Positions 16,446 through 23,364 of a stretch of DNA of 24,415 nucleotides are shown here, piece by piece. Origin of the DNA: a virus (lineage: Duplodnaviria; Caudoviricetes). Numbering within the stretch: position 1 is the first letter of the stretch; each line of letters starts with the position of its first letter. The notes beneath the pieces were generated by a model. It was not told the origin of the DNA. It ran no database searches and saw only the letters and a list, made by a program, of their open reading frames with translations. The position numbers were made by a program, and so were the translations under genes. Location: positions 1-24,415 of the IMG/VR virus record IMGVR_UViG_3300022178_000484; one strand, given 5' to 3'.

Positions 16446-17225
16446 TTAAAAGGGTATTTCGTCGTCGCTAACAGGATCGACTGGCTCTGATTGTGCCTTA
16501 ACCTCTCCCGCTTGTACCGATTCTCTGAAAGCCTTTGCTTCCACCAACAGATCACGGCTACTAACCAAGCTTTCTTTCGCTACTTGATAGTTGAAATAAT
16601 CACCCTTGTCATTAGACTCTTCAATGGCAAATATTTTCCACATCGTAGCGTACACCGCAGGAGTAACAAGTTGCTCCGTCTTTGGGTTCTTGATCTTTTG
16701 CATGGCAATCTGTGTCTTCCAACGTCGGCTGACCTTCAACTGGCTAGACTTCATGTCTATCACAACAGGTTGAAATGTTCCGTCGTCCGATACAATCAAG
16801 CAATAATGCTGATCAGACTTCACCAAATCGTTGCCGTTGGACAGAACTTCTTTAGATCCCTCTCGCTTTGCACTGGTAACCATTGGATCGTTGGCGGCTA
16901 GTTCACCCTGGAACCCACCACCTTGCTCTCTTGGTATGAACTCAAGATACTTAGTGGTTTGAAAACACGGTATAACTACAATGCCGTTTGATCCTTCCCA
17001 ATACTGACCAGTGACATTGTTAAAGATGTCCCCTTGTGATGCACCCTCAATGTGTTCGGCTTTGCCTTTCTTGAGTTGCGGTGACATGGGTTGCAAGATC
17101 CGAACAAACGGTATCTGCATCTCACTGCTATCGAATGATGCGCCATCTCCGGCGGTATCGAAGATATCGTCTAGTACTTCGGTGCTTAACTCTGCACTTT
17201 TTGCTTTTGCTACTGCGGTCGCCAT
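16446..17225 (-). CDS. Probable single-stranded DNA-binding protein, 259 aa
   Basis: Beta-rich aromatic core, acidic tail ending DDEIPF (compare bacterial SSB DDDIPF) and position upstream of primase/helicase/polymerase. RBS GGAGG with TAATG coupling. Confidence 0.7.
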   Translation of the reverse strand: MATAVAKAKSAELSTEVLDDIFDTAGDGASFDSSEMQIPFVRILQPMSPQLKKGKAEHIEGASQGDIFNNVTGQYWEGSNGIVVIPCFQTTKYLEFIPREQGGGFQGELAANDPMVTSAKREGSKEVLSNGNDLVKSDQHYCLIVSDDGTFQPVVIDMKSSQLKVSRRWKTQIAMQKIKNPKTEQLVTPAVYATMWKIFAIEESNDKGDYFNYQVAKESLVSSRDLLVEAKAFRESVQAGEVKAQSEPVDPVSDDEIPF

Positions 17226-17782
17226 TATGCTTTCCTCCTGATTTCAGCTGCGTTAGCTATGAATGCCCCGAACATATCGAGGTCGATTGGTTTACCATCA
17301 ACGATGCGTTCCTTAACAAACGCCTTGAGTGTAGATGGGTGAACGTGGGTCTTGGTCTTCGGATCAAAACCCTTCTCATGCAGGAGGCCAACGACGTCCC
17401 CTGCTATGTTGTCTTCGCCTTTGCCAAACGAACAGGTCACATCGTTCTTGATGATGTCGTCTAGCCCGTTATCCCGTAGCCATTCAAAGGCTTCTTCCTT
17501 GCGGTCTTGTGGAATAGAAGCATGTACAATCATCTTCCTAGATACAGACACCCCGTCCACATCTAAACGATCAACCCCCATCTCATCCATCAAAGCAGGA
17601 ATGTTTTCAACTGACAGCCTATGCTTTTCAGCTTTCAAGGCTTTCAAGTTTAACTCTGCATCCTCGATGTTTTGTTCGACGCTGCGGAGTTGACGAACAA
17701 GATCACTGAGTTGCTTTCCTGTTCCGGTATCGACACTGGCAAACTTGTCACCCTCGTCAATTAAGTCTTCAAATATATCCAT
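17225..17782 (-). CDS. Phage replication-module protein with an N-terminal coiled coil, 185 aa
   Basis: Start moved to ATG 17782 (RBS GAGGA). Coiled coil followed by AFEWLRDNGLDDIIK and VHPSTLKAFVKE motifs. First gene of the replication operon. Confidence 0.7.
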   Translation of the reverse strand: MDIFEDLIDEGDKFASVDTGTGKQLSDLVRQLRSVEQNIEDAELNLKALKAEKHRLSVENIPALMDEMGVDRLDVDGVSVSRKMIVHASIPQDRKEEAFEWLRDNGLDDIIKNDVTCSFGKGEDNIAGDVVGLLHEKGFDPKTKTHVHPSTLKAFVKERIVDGKPIDLDMFGAFIANAAEIRRKA

Positions 17783-17806
17783 AAGTGTTTCCTCTTCAGG
17801 GTTCGG

Positions 17807-17835
17807 TTGACAAACCATTTCGCCATCCGTATTGT
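17807..17835 (+). promoter_or_regulatory. Sigma70-type promoter for the SNF2 helicase
   Basis: TTGACA (17807-17812), 17-nt spacer, TATTGT (17830-17835), then RBS GGAGG at 17846-17850 and ATG 17857. Confidence 0.7.
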
Positions 17836-17837
17836 GG

Positions 17838-17867
17838 ACTCTACTGGAGGTATGTGATGACTGTCAA
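17838..17867 (-). promoter_or_regulatory. Sigma70-type promoter for the leftward replication operon
   Basis: Minus strand TTGACA (17867-17862), 18-nt spacer, TAGAGT (17843-17838), upstream of ATG 17782. Confidence 0.55.
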
Positions 17868-19323
17868 GTACAAATATAAGATGCAACCATTTAAGCATCA
17901 GGAGGATGCACTCGCCAAAGGGTGGGACAAGATTGAGTTTGCACTGTTTATGGAAATGGGTACAGGGAAATCGAAAGTTCTGCTCGATAACCTGGGAATG
18001 TTGTATCTAGCAGGACGTATAAAGTTCGCATTGATACTCGCGCCAAAGGGTGTGTATCGGAACTGGGTAACCAAAGAAATACCAGAGCATATGTCAGATG
18101 ATGTGCCACATCGAGTAATCCGATGGGTCGCTTCCCCCAACAAAAAACAACAGGAAGAAATGCGATCAGTCAAAGATCCATTCGATGGACTGACAATCTT
18201 TGTTATGAATGTCGAATCGTATTCAACACGCAAGGGTCAGGTCGCCGGAGAATGGATGGCTGGTGCGCTAGGGCCTGTGGGATGTATCGCAATCGACGAA
18301 TCAACTACTATCAAGAACCATAAGGCCAAGCGCACGAAGTCTCTACTCAAAATCGCAAAAGGTTTCAAGTACAAAAGACTGCTAACAGGATCTCCCATTA
18401 CAAAAAGTCCACTGGACATCTATGCACAAACCGAGTTCCTTCGTCCTGGTCTCATGGGTCATGAGTCCTTCTATTCATTTCAGGGTCGGTACGCTGTTGT
18501 TCAACGTCGGACCATGGGTAGCCACGCTTTTCAACAGATCGTGGGATACAGAAACCTAGACGAACTGACAGAGAAGATCGACTCGTTCAGCTTCCGTGTA
18601 CTCAAGAAAGATTGTTTGGATCTACCAGACAAAATCTACACGGCTCGTTATGTCTCCCTTACCAGTGAACAAATGAAAATGTATCTGGATCTACAAAGAC
18701 AAGCGATGTTGCTGTTCGAAGATGGTGAGATGGTGACTGCTCCGGCTGTCATTACCCAGATGCTACGGATACAACAGGTTCTATCGGGACATCTAAAAAC
18801 TGACGATGGTGATATGAGGTATTTTCCTTCACGTCGGATGGATGCATTGGAAGAGATCCTCGAAGAACACGATGGCAAAGCAATCATCTGGTCCAGGTTT
18901 AGATATGATATCATACAGATAACAGAGATGCTAAACAAAAAGTTTGGAGCGGGAAGTGCCGCTGCATACTACGGTGATACACCAGACGATGAACGCAATG
19001 ACATCGTAACTAATTTCCAACAATCAAAAGACTTGAAGTTTTTTGTAGGGAATCCTGCAACCGCAGGGTACGGTCTGACTTTGACCGAAGCTGATCTCGT
19101 GATATACTATGCTAACGACTTCAACCTGGAGACACGCATACAATCAGAGGATCGTGCCCATCGTATTGGGCAAAAGAAAAACGTAACTTATATCGATCTC
19201 ATATCAGAAGGCACTATAGACGAGAAGATTGTCGAAGCACTTCGAAATAAAATATCGATTGGAGCACAAGTATTAGGAGAGGAAGTAAGAGAATGGCTAA
19301 GTCTAAAACCCACGAAGATCTAA
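17857..19323 (+). CDS. SNF2-like superfamily 2 helicase/ATPase, 488 aa
   Basis: Motif I MEMGTGKSK, II IDEST, III LLTGSP, V AGYGLTLT, VI QSEDRAHRIGQ. Start moved to ATG 17857 based on the GGAGG RBS. Confidence 0.93.
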   Translation: MTVKYKYKMQPFKHQEDALAKGWDKIEFALFMEMGTGKSKVLLDNLGMLYLAGRIKFALILAPKGVYRNWVTKEIPEHMSDDVPHRVIRWVASPNKKQQEEMRSVKDPFDGLTIFVMNVESYSTRKGQVAGEWMAGALGPVGCIAIDESTTIKNHKAKRTKSLLKIAKGFKYKRLLTGSPITKSPLDIYAQTEFLRPGLMGHESFYSFQGRYAVVQRRTMGSHAFQQIVGYRNLDELTEKIDSFSFRVLKKDCLDLPDKIYTARYVSLTSEQMKMYLDLQRQAMLLFEDGEMVTAPAVITQMLRIQQVLSGHLKTDDGDMRYFPSRRMDALEEILEEHDGKAIIWSRFRYDIIQITEMLNKKFGAGSAAAYYGDTPDDERNDIVTNFQQSKDLKFFVGNPATAGYGLTLTEADLVIYYANDFNLETRIQSEDRAHRIGQKKNVTYIDLISEGTIDEKIVEALRNKISIGAQVLGEEVREWLSLKPTKI

Positions 19324-19535
19324 TCGAAGCAGTCGTAGACTACAAACGTGGACTACGAAACCTGAAGACAGGATCAGACGAGATCTCCAGGATATCTGGA
19401 TTACAACCAGAGATCGTCGCATGTTTTCTCAAAGCAATGAAACGAGATAATGTAACCCAGATCCGTGGGTATTCGAAAGAACCAGAGCACCTACTCAAAG
19501 CCAAGAAAAGAAAGACCCCGCCGGAGCGGGGCTAG
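19293..19535 (+). CDS. Small basic hypothetical protein (possible HTH), 80 aa
   Basis: RBS GAGGA inside the helicase 3' end, a helical segment EISRISGLQPEIVACFLK and a basic tail. Confidence 0.6.
   Translation: MAKSKTHEDLIEAVVDYKRGLRNLKTGSDEISRISGLQPEIVACFLKAMKRDNVTQIRGYSKEPEHLLKAKKRKTPPERG
19502..19531 (-). terminator. Rho-independent terminator for leftward early transcripts
   Basis: Minus strand CCCCGC-UCCG-GCGGGG (C(UNCG)G tetraloop) followed by UCUUUCUUUUCUU, 57 nt downstream of the RHH gene stop. Confidence 0.8.
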
Positions 19536-19588
19536 TTATCGAGGCTGTAAGACCACAGGCTTGGGGTCTTATCCTTCGAGCAGTGTGC

Positions 19589-19759
19589 CTAGACACTAAC
19601 AGATCCAATCTGTTTTTCATACTCTTTTCTTATGATTACAGATATCTGTCTCGTCATGGTGCGCTGTTCATCACTTGCAAGTTCCTTCAATCTCTCATGA
19701 TCTTCAGGCAACAACGCTATATTACAAAAACGTCGTTGCTCTTCTTTCTTTTTAGCCAT
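19589..19759 (-). CDS. Ribbon-helix-helix (Arc/CopG-like) regulator, 56 aa
   Basis: RRFCNIALLPEDHERLKELASDEQRTMTRQISVIIRKEY fits the strand-helix-helix RHH pattern. RBS AAGGAG before ATG 19759. Confidence 0.75.
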   Translation of the reverse strand: MAKKKEEQRRFCNIALLPEDHERLKELASDEQRTMTRQISVIIRKEYEKQIGSVSV

Positions 19760-19769
19760 TGGTTGCTCC

Positions 19770-19812
19770 TTAGTTGTGGCTTGATTGTACATTAGTTGTG
19801 CCCCAAGTGCAA
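19770..19812 (-). promoter_or_regulatory. Sigma70-type promoter of the RHH gene with two CACAACTAA direct repeats (candidate operator)
   Basis: Minus strand TTGCAC (19812-19807), 17-nt spacer, TACAAT (19789-19784). TTAGTTGTG on + at 19770-19778 and 19792-19800. Confidence 0.65.
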
Positions 19813-20244
19813 GCAATAGCTATCTTGCTCAAAGAAGATGTCTTGGTTTGCTTTACAGAGGTCTTCGACCACCCCAAACGGTATTTCTAATGCATCAGCC
19901 AGTTCCGCTGCGGTGAAATGTGCGCTCTCGTCAAACCCCTGCAAGTAATCTATAATCTTTTTTAGATTAGCTTCGTCCTTTACATGAGATAAGTCCAGAT
20001 CAACCTGTGCAGGTTCAACTCGCATCGCTCTCCACGGTATTTGCTCACGCTTATCTGGATAGTTCGGCAACAAAAACGCATCAAAGATATCTCCAGGTTG
20101 CACCTTCATAGTCGTCACAAGGCGTGAGTTTAAAAAAACCTGATCCCCTTTTGGCGTAACAGCAAACCCACTACCAGTTGGCGTTAGGTATTCAATAATT
20201 ATCTGCTGTCGTCGCGTTTCATTTAAATCAAAAATTTGGTTCAT
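19792..20244 (-). CDS. OB-fold (cold-shock/S1-like) plus C-terminal HTH protein, 150 aa
   Basis: GSGFAVTPKGDQVFL resembles the RNP1/RNP2 strands of cold-shock-type OB folds. FTAAELADALEIPFGVVEDL is HTH-like. Confidence 0.55.
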   Translation of the reverse strand: MNQIFDLNETRRQQIIIEYLTPTGSGFAVTPKGDQVFLNSRLVTTMKVQPGDIFDAFLLPNYPDKREQIPWRAMRVEPAQVDLDLSHVKDEANLKKIIDYLQGFDESAHFTAAELADALEIPFGVVEDLCKANQDIFFEQDSYCLHLGHN

Positions 20245-20410
20245 AAAGTATTCCTTCTTCTTCTTTCTGTTTGTAGTAATTGATTTCTTTAATTAGACCC
20301 TCGATCCTTGGATCATCGGCATCCTCCCATTCTATATCATCCCGTACCTTCTCTAACTTCTTTCTTAGTACGCTTATCATTTCGACCTGTGCTATTCCTA
20401 GTACTTTCAT
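20228..20410 (-). CDS. Hypothetical helical-hairpin protein, 60 aa
   Basis: RBS GGAG, charged amphipathic helices, overlaps both neighbours. Confidence 0.6.
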   Translation of the reverse strand: MKVLGIAQVEMISVLRKKLEKVRDDIEWEDADDPRIEGLIKEINYYKQKEEEGILYEPNF

Positions 20411-20516
20411 CTTTTTTCTCCCATGGTGCCACCTTCAATGACACCTCATGTTTTTTATATGCAAGCTTACGCTTGTGCCCGTTCATTTCTTTTTGCAAGT
20501 CTGTCCAACGACCCAT
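20337..20516 (-). CDS. Small basic hypothetical protein, 59 aa (not in the ORF track)
   Basis: MGRWTDLQKEMNGHKRKLAYKKHEVSLKVAPWEKK...; RBS GGAGG; fills the gap between 20410 and 20519. Confidence 0.55.
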   Translation of the reverse strand: MGRWTDLQKEMNGHKRKLAYKKHEVSLKVAPWEKKDESTRNSTGRNDKRTKKEVREGTG

Positions 20517-20518
20517 GC

Positions 20519-20719
20519 TTATCTTCCTCCGTGTATATGTATTCCAATACTTTTCAACTGATTAACGTAATCGTTTAACTCATCCCTTGCCGACCACAAC
20601 TCTCGTTCAATCCCAGGTCGGGCATCTCTGCGCCCCTTCTCATCCTGCAAATTATCTACCTGTCTCTTCAACCATTTTAGTTGTGCAGCTTGGAACATAC
20701 TCAACTGCTCGTTTCCCAT
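20519..20719 (-). CDS. Small helical protein with an N-terminal QLSMF motif, 66 aa
   Basis: RBS AGGAGGAG; MGNEQLSMF followed by two predicted helices. Confidence 0.7.
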   Translation of the reverse strand: MGNEQLSMFQAAQLKWLKRQVDNLQDEKGRRDARPGIERELWSARDELNDYVNQLKSIGIHIHGGR

Positions 20720-20720
20720 A

Positions 20721-20960
20721 TCACTCCTCCTTGTTGGGTCTTAGTTTAGGTCTAATTAATCTCGATACTCGGTCCGTCGTCTGACATGTCATCATGATGT
20801 CGTTGCCATAGAGGTCGTACAGATGGTTATAAATCCCATCCGCACTCCCACTATTCATAGCCGAAGCACAGTGCTTCTCACTTCGAAACCAAACAGCCGT
20901 CTCAATCTCATGATCTTGTACCGTGTACGCAATCACCATCGCTGTAAAGTATTCGATCAT
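20721..20960 (-). CDS. Hypothetical protein with a hydrophobic N-terminus and two Cys, 79 aa
   Basis: TAATG coupling; MIEYFTAMVIAY...HC...TC... Confidence 0.65.
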   Translation of the reverse strand: MIEYFTAMVIAYTVQDHEIETAVWFRSEKHCASAMNSGSADGIYNHLYDLYGNDIMMTCQTTDRVSRLIRPKLRPNKEE

Positions 20961-21202
20961 TACCTAACAACTTCCCAAACGCTTTCTTTTTTTGCGTCTA
21001 TTCCCGTGTCCTTGATCTTCCCTGCCTTACGCAGTTGAGATAACGTCGTGCGTACAATCGTCAGCTTCACGCCCGATCTGTCCGCAAGTTGTTTCGCTGT
21101 GCCAATGTCTCGGCTTAACTCTGCTAGGATCTGCTCCTTGCGCGTAAGCTTCGCGCCCGATTGCTGCTTGCTCCTGATCCTTGCCCATAGTTCTTTAAAC
21201 AT
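20960..21202 (-). CDS. Winged-HTH DNA-binding protein, 80 aa
   Basis: TRKEQILAEL...TAKQLADRSGVKLTIVRTTLSQLRKAGKI; RBS GAGGAG before ATG 21202. Confidence 0.75.
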   Translation of the reverse strand: MFKELWARIRSKQQSGAKLTRKEQILAELSRDIGTAKQLADRSGVKLTIVRTTLSQLRKAGKIKDTGIDAKKESVWEVVR

Positions 21203-21203
21203 T

Positions 21204-21512
21204 TTAAGTCTCCTCTTCCCATGAAAGTTCAATTGTAATGTTATGATAACGGCAATATCCTATCGCCGCATAGGTTTTTTTCGCGTCCTCGTGATCATGT
21301 ATCAACGCACGAGCCTTGCCATGGTCATCCAAAACAAGCATCAGGAAGTATCCATCCGACCCATCCGACCATGACACGATGCGACCCTCGTCACTTGAAG
21401 TCGTGAAACTCTCACCAATAACCTCGGTCAATCCCGATATAGCCCAGACAAAATCTCCTATGTCCTTGGGCATGAACTTCTCTTCAAGCTTAGATAAATC
21501 CCACTTAACCAT
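21204..21512 (-). CDS. Hypothetical protein, 102 aa
   Basis: Start moved to ATG 21512 (TGATG coupling with the upstream gene). Confidence 0.6.
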   Translation of the reverse strand: MVKWDLSKLEEKFMPKDIGDFVWAISGLTEVIGESFTTSSDEGRIVSWSDGSDGYFLMLVLDDHGKARALIHDHEDAKKTYAAIGYCRYHNITIELSWEEET

Positions 21513-21724
21513 CAGCCCCAATCCTTTCTGTCTTCCTCGTTGCGCCACCCCTCCATGTACGCTTCAACCTCGCCCTCTGTCATATCAACCTCGGCTACAA
21601 CGTCCCTGCCTATGTTGTCCAACCAAATGCGTGGATCTGGCTGTCTCCCATAGTATCGGTCCGCCGCACCTCGATCAGAGGCTCGATCCTCTCGGTCCAT
21701 GACCCATGCTTTTACTTTACCCAT
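21512..21724 (-). CDS. Hypothetical protein with a DRG.AD.YYGR...AY..GW motif, 70 aa
   Basis: RBS AAGGAGG before ATG 21724; the motif pattern is recurrent in marine phage small proteins. Confidence 0.7.
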   Translation of the reverse strand: MGKVKAWVMDREDRASDRGAADRYYGRQPDPRIWLDNIGRDVVAEVDMTEGEVEAYMEGWRNEEDRKDWG

Positions 21725-21792
21725 CACCAATCCTCCTTAAATACTTTGCGGAATATCTCATCCAACATCTTTTCCATCTCACGATCCGTCAT
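21724..21792 (-). CDS. 22-aa micropeptide MTDREMEKMLDEIFRKVFKEDW (not in the ORF track)
   Basis: RBS GGGAG upstream; its stop overlaps the next ATG (TGATG). Confidence 0.55.
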   Translation of the reverse strand: MTDREMEKMLDEIFRKVFKEDW

Positions 21793-21919
21793 CTTGTTCT
21801 CCCTTCTTCCAATAATCTATTTGCGGTTTGTTTTCTGTAGCCTCACTGACCTCGACATAAATAGTAAAACCATTTAGTTCGATGTAAGCAGACACAGGAC
21901 TTCGAACGTCAACTATCAT
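21779..21919 (-). CDS. Small beta-rich hypothetical protein, 46 aa (not in the ORF track)
   Basis: Strong RBS AAGGAGGTG; MIVDVRSPVSAYIELNGFTIYVEVSEATENKPQIDYWKKGEQDDGS. Confidence 0.65.
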   Translation of the reverse strand: MIVDVRSPVSAYIELNGFTIYVEVSEATENKPQIDYWKKGEQDDGS

Positions 21920-22154
21920 CTCTCACCTCCTTACGTTTTTCCATTGCCCACTCTCCTGTAAAATCACAGGTAATGGTCATTTCCATTTTCCAATCGTCTG
22001 AAGGAGTAAGGGTCAAAGCCAGTTGATCAGCGGCATCCCAACACATTGCAACAAAAGCCTCAGTGGTAGTGAATCCGTCACTATCAGACGGAACAGTTAA
22101 CTCTCCCAAAGGGACTTTGTTCTCGTCCCAAAGTTTAATCTTTGCTTCTATCAT
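21909..22154 (-). CDS. Hypothetical acidic protein, about 81 aa
   Basis: GGAGG lies 6 nt before ATG 22154 (alternative start 22160). Confidence 0.65.
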   Translation of the reverse strand: MIEAKIKLWDENKVPLGELTVPSDSDGFTTTEAFVAMCWDAADQLALTLTPSDDWKMEMTITCDFTGEWAMEKRKEVRDDS

Positions 22155-22350
22155 CTTCATCCTCCAATATCTCTACTTCCGATCCCCAGATCCAGTCCCC
22201 TTGCGAAGGGTCAGGCTCATAGAACTCACCACCATCGATGTTGTGCTTGACCCAATACCAAATCTCATCCTCTGGAATGTCATCGGGCACATCGCCTACC
22301 CACTCCAAGAATGAAACCATGTCCGCTGTCGCTCTAACTCTTCTAGGCAT
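22135..22350 (-). CDS. Highly acidic Trp-rich protein, 71 aa
   Basis: Start moved to ATG 22350, overlapping the upstream stop; 21 D/E versus 6 K/R. Confidence 0.6.
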   Translation of the reverse strand: MPRRVRATADMVSFLEWVGDVPDDIPEDEIWYWVKHNIDGGEFYEPDPSQGDWIWGSEVEILEDEDDRSKD

Positions 22351-22558
22351 CTTCGATAAATGCAAAGCCACCGCCATTGCCCTCCTCATCTTGGGACAAC
22401 ACGAAATTAAATGTGTCCTTGCCCTTTCGCATCGTGAACGTAGGCCACGAGTTATGCTTGTCATAGCTGTCAGGAACCATGTTGAAATCTATGATCTCCG
22501 CTCCCCTCAACTGACCAAAATGTTCCATGTAAAATTTTATTCCTTGAGCATCTAACAT
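22343..22558 (-). CDS. Hypothetical protein with an SQDEEGNGGG motif, 71 aa
   Basis: RBS GGAGG; the C-terminal DxEGNGxG motif is recurrent in phage early proteins. Confidence 0.7.
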   Translation of the reverse strand: MLDAQGIKFYMEHFGQLRGAEIIDFNMVPDSYDKHNSWPTFTMRKGKDTFNFVLSQDEEGNGGGFAFIEDA

Positions 22559-22716
22559 GCTTCGTCCTCCATCGGTTCAACGTCATCAGGCTCAACGTGC
22601 CACGTTCCATACTTAACGTCAGCATACTCAAAGTTTTCCATGAACTTTTGCTGTGCCTCTTTAGGACTGTCAGCCTCGACAGTCTCAGATAGTTCTACTC
22701 TAACCTCATACCGCAT
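22552..22716 (-). CDS. Small acidic protein with a VEADSxxEA motif, 54 aa
   Basis: RBS GAGGAGG before ATG 22716; the upstream extension in the ORF track overlaps the next gene. Confidence 0.65.
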   Translation of the reverse strand: MRYEVRVELSETVEADSPKEAQQKFMENFEYADVKYGTWHVEPDDVEPMEDEAC

Positions 22717-23173
22717 GAGCTTCCTCCTCTTCCTCGAACTCTGGCTCCCATGAGCGATCCTGTCCGTCGATGTACTCGCCCTCGAACATACCACCCTCGT
22801 CCTGATAAGTGGCGTGAACCTTGATGCCCATCTGATGCAACTTGTCCCACACTGGAACAGGTGGACCCCATGCCGTCCAACAGTTGAACGAGAACGAGGA
22901 CTTGTCTTCATCGTCTTCAATCTCATCGGTGAGTTGTACATCGACAACATCCCACTTCGTGCCCCAGTTATTGACACGCCAATCGTACCAACCCTCGACC
23001 TCGTATTCTCCCCACTTGGTCTTTGGTGCAAGCCACTGCTCGAACGGCATTGGCACAATCAACTGACAGAACTGCCTTTCTTCTGGAGCCGTAACCCAGA
23101 TGCTTTCGTAAATTTGTTGTATTAATATTTTCGGTCCTTGAATATGGACCTGTTGATAACAATGATTTGGCAT
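22706..23173 (-). CDS. DUF1281/YubB ferredoxin-like domain protein, 155 aa
   Basis: MPNHC...WYDWRVNNWGTKWD...F.CWTAWGPP pattern; RBS GGGAG before ATG 23173. Confidence 0.75.
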   Translation of the reverse strand: MPNHCYQQVHIQGPKILIQQIYESIWVTAPEERQFCQLIVPMPFEQWLAPKTKWGEYEVEGWYDWRVNNWGTKWDVVDVQLTDEIEDDEDKSSFSFNCWTAWGPPVPVWDKLHQMGIKVHATYQDEGGMFEGEYIDGQDRSWEPEFEEEEEAHAV

Positions 23174-23187
23174 AATTTTTCTCCCTT

Positions 23188-23364
23188 CTACCAATCTAAA
23201 GATTTCTCATCACCAGTAATCGGACAGTCAAAGTGACCGTCCGAACCAATGTCTTGCTTGTGATCTTCCCTGAGAACCTCGTAGAACTCTCTCTCGTTCT
23301 TGGCCTCAATCGTACCGAACATAGCACCGTAGTCGCTATCAAAACAAAAATGATACTCGTGCAT
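23188..23364 (-). CDS. Small acidic hypothetical protein, 58 aa (not in the ORF track)
   Basis: TGATG coupling at 23364; MHEYHFCFDSDYGAMFGTIEAKNEREFYEVLREDHKQDIGSDGHFDCPITGDEKSLDW. Confidence 0.65.
   Translation of the reverse strand: MHEYHFCFDSDYGAMFGTIEAKNEREFYEVLREDHKQDIGSDGHFDCPITGDEKSLDW

Noticed and set aside
17762-17782. MDIFEDLI at the start of the 185-aa protein resembles the GLFDDL ejection-protein motif
   Set aside because: Single degenerate copy in an unrelated module; acidic-hydrophobic N-termini like this arise easily by chance.
17785-17856. N-terminal extensions of the SNF2 ORF (from 17785) and of the leftward ORF (from 17818)
   Set aside because: They would overlap each other and the promoter region; good RBS sequences support ATG 17857 and ATG 17782.
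19548-19571. Second inverted repeat TAAGACC-N10-GGTCTTA next to the terminator
   Set aside because: Short AT-rich stem with no clear U-tract; it may help terminate the + transcript but is too weak to call.
22717-23058. Upstream part of the 168-aa ORF 22552-23058
   Set aside because: It is an out-of-frame overlap with the DUF1281-like gene; a strong RBS supports a start at 22716.
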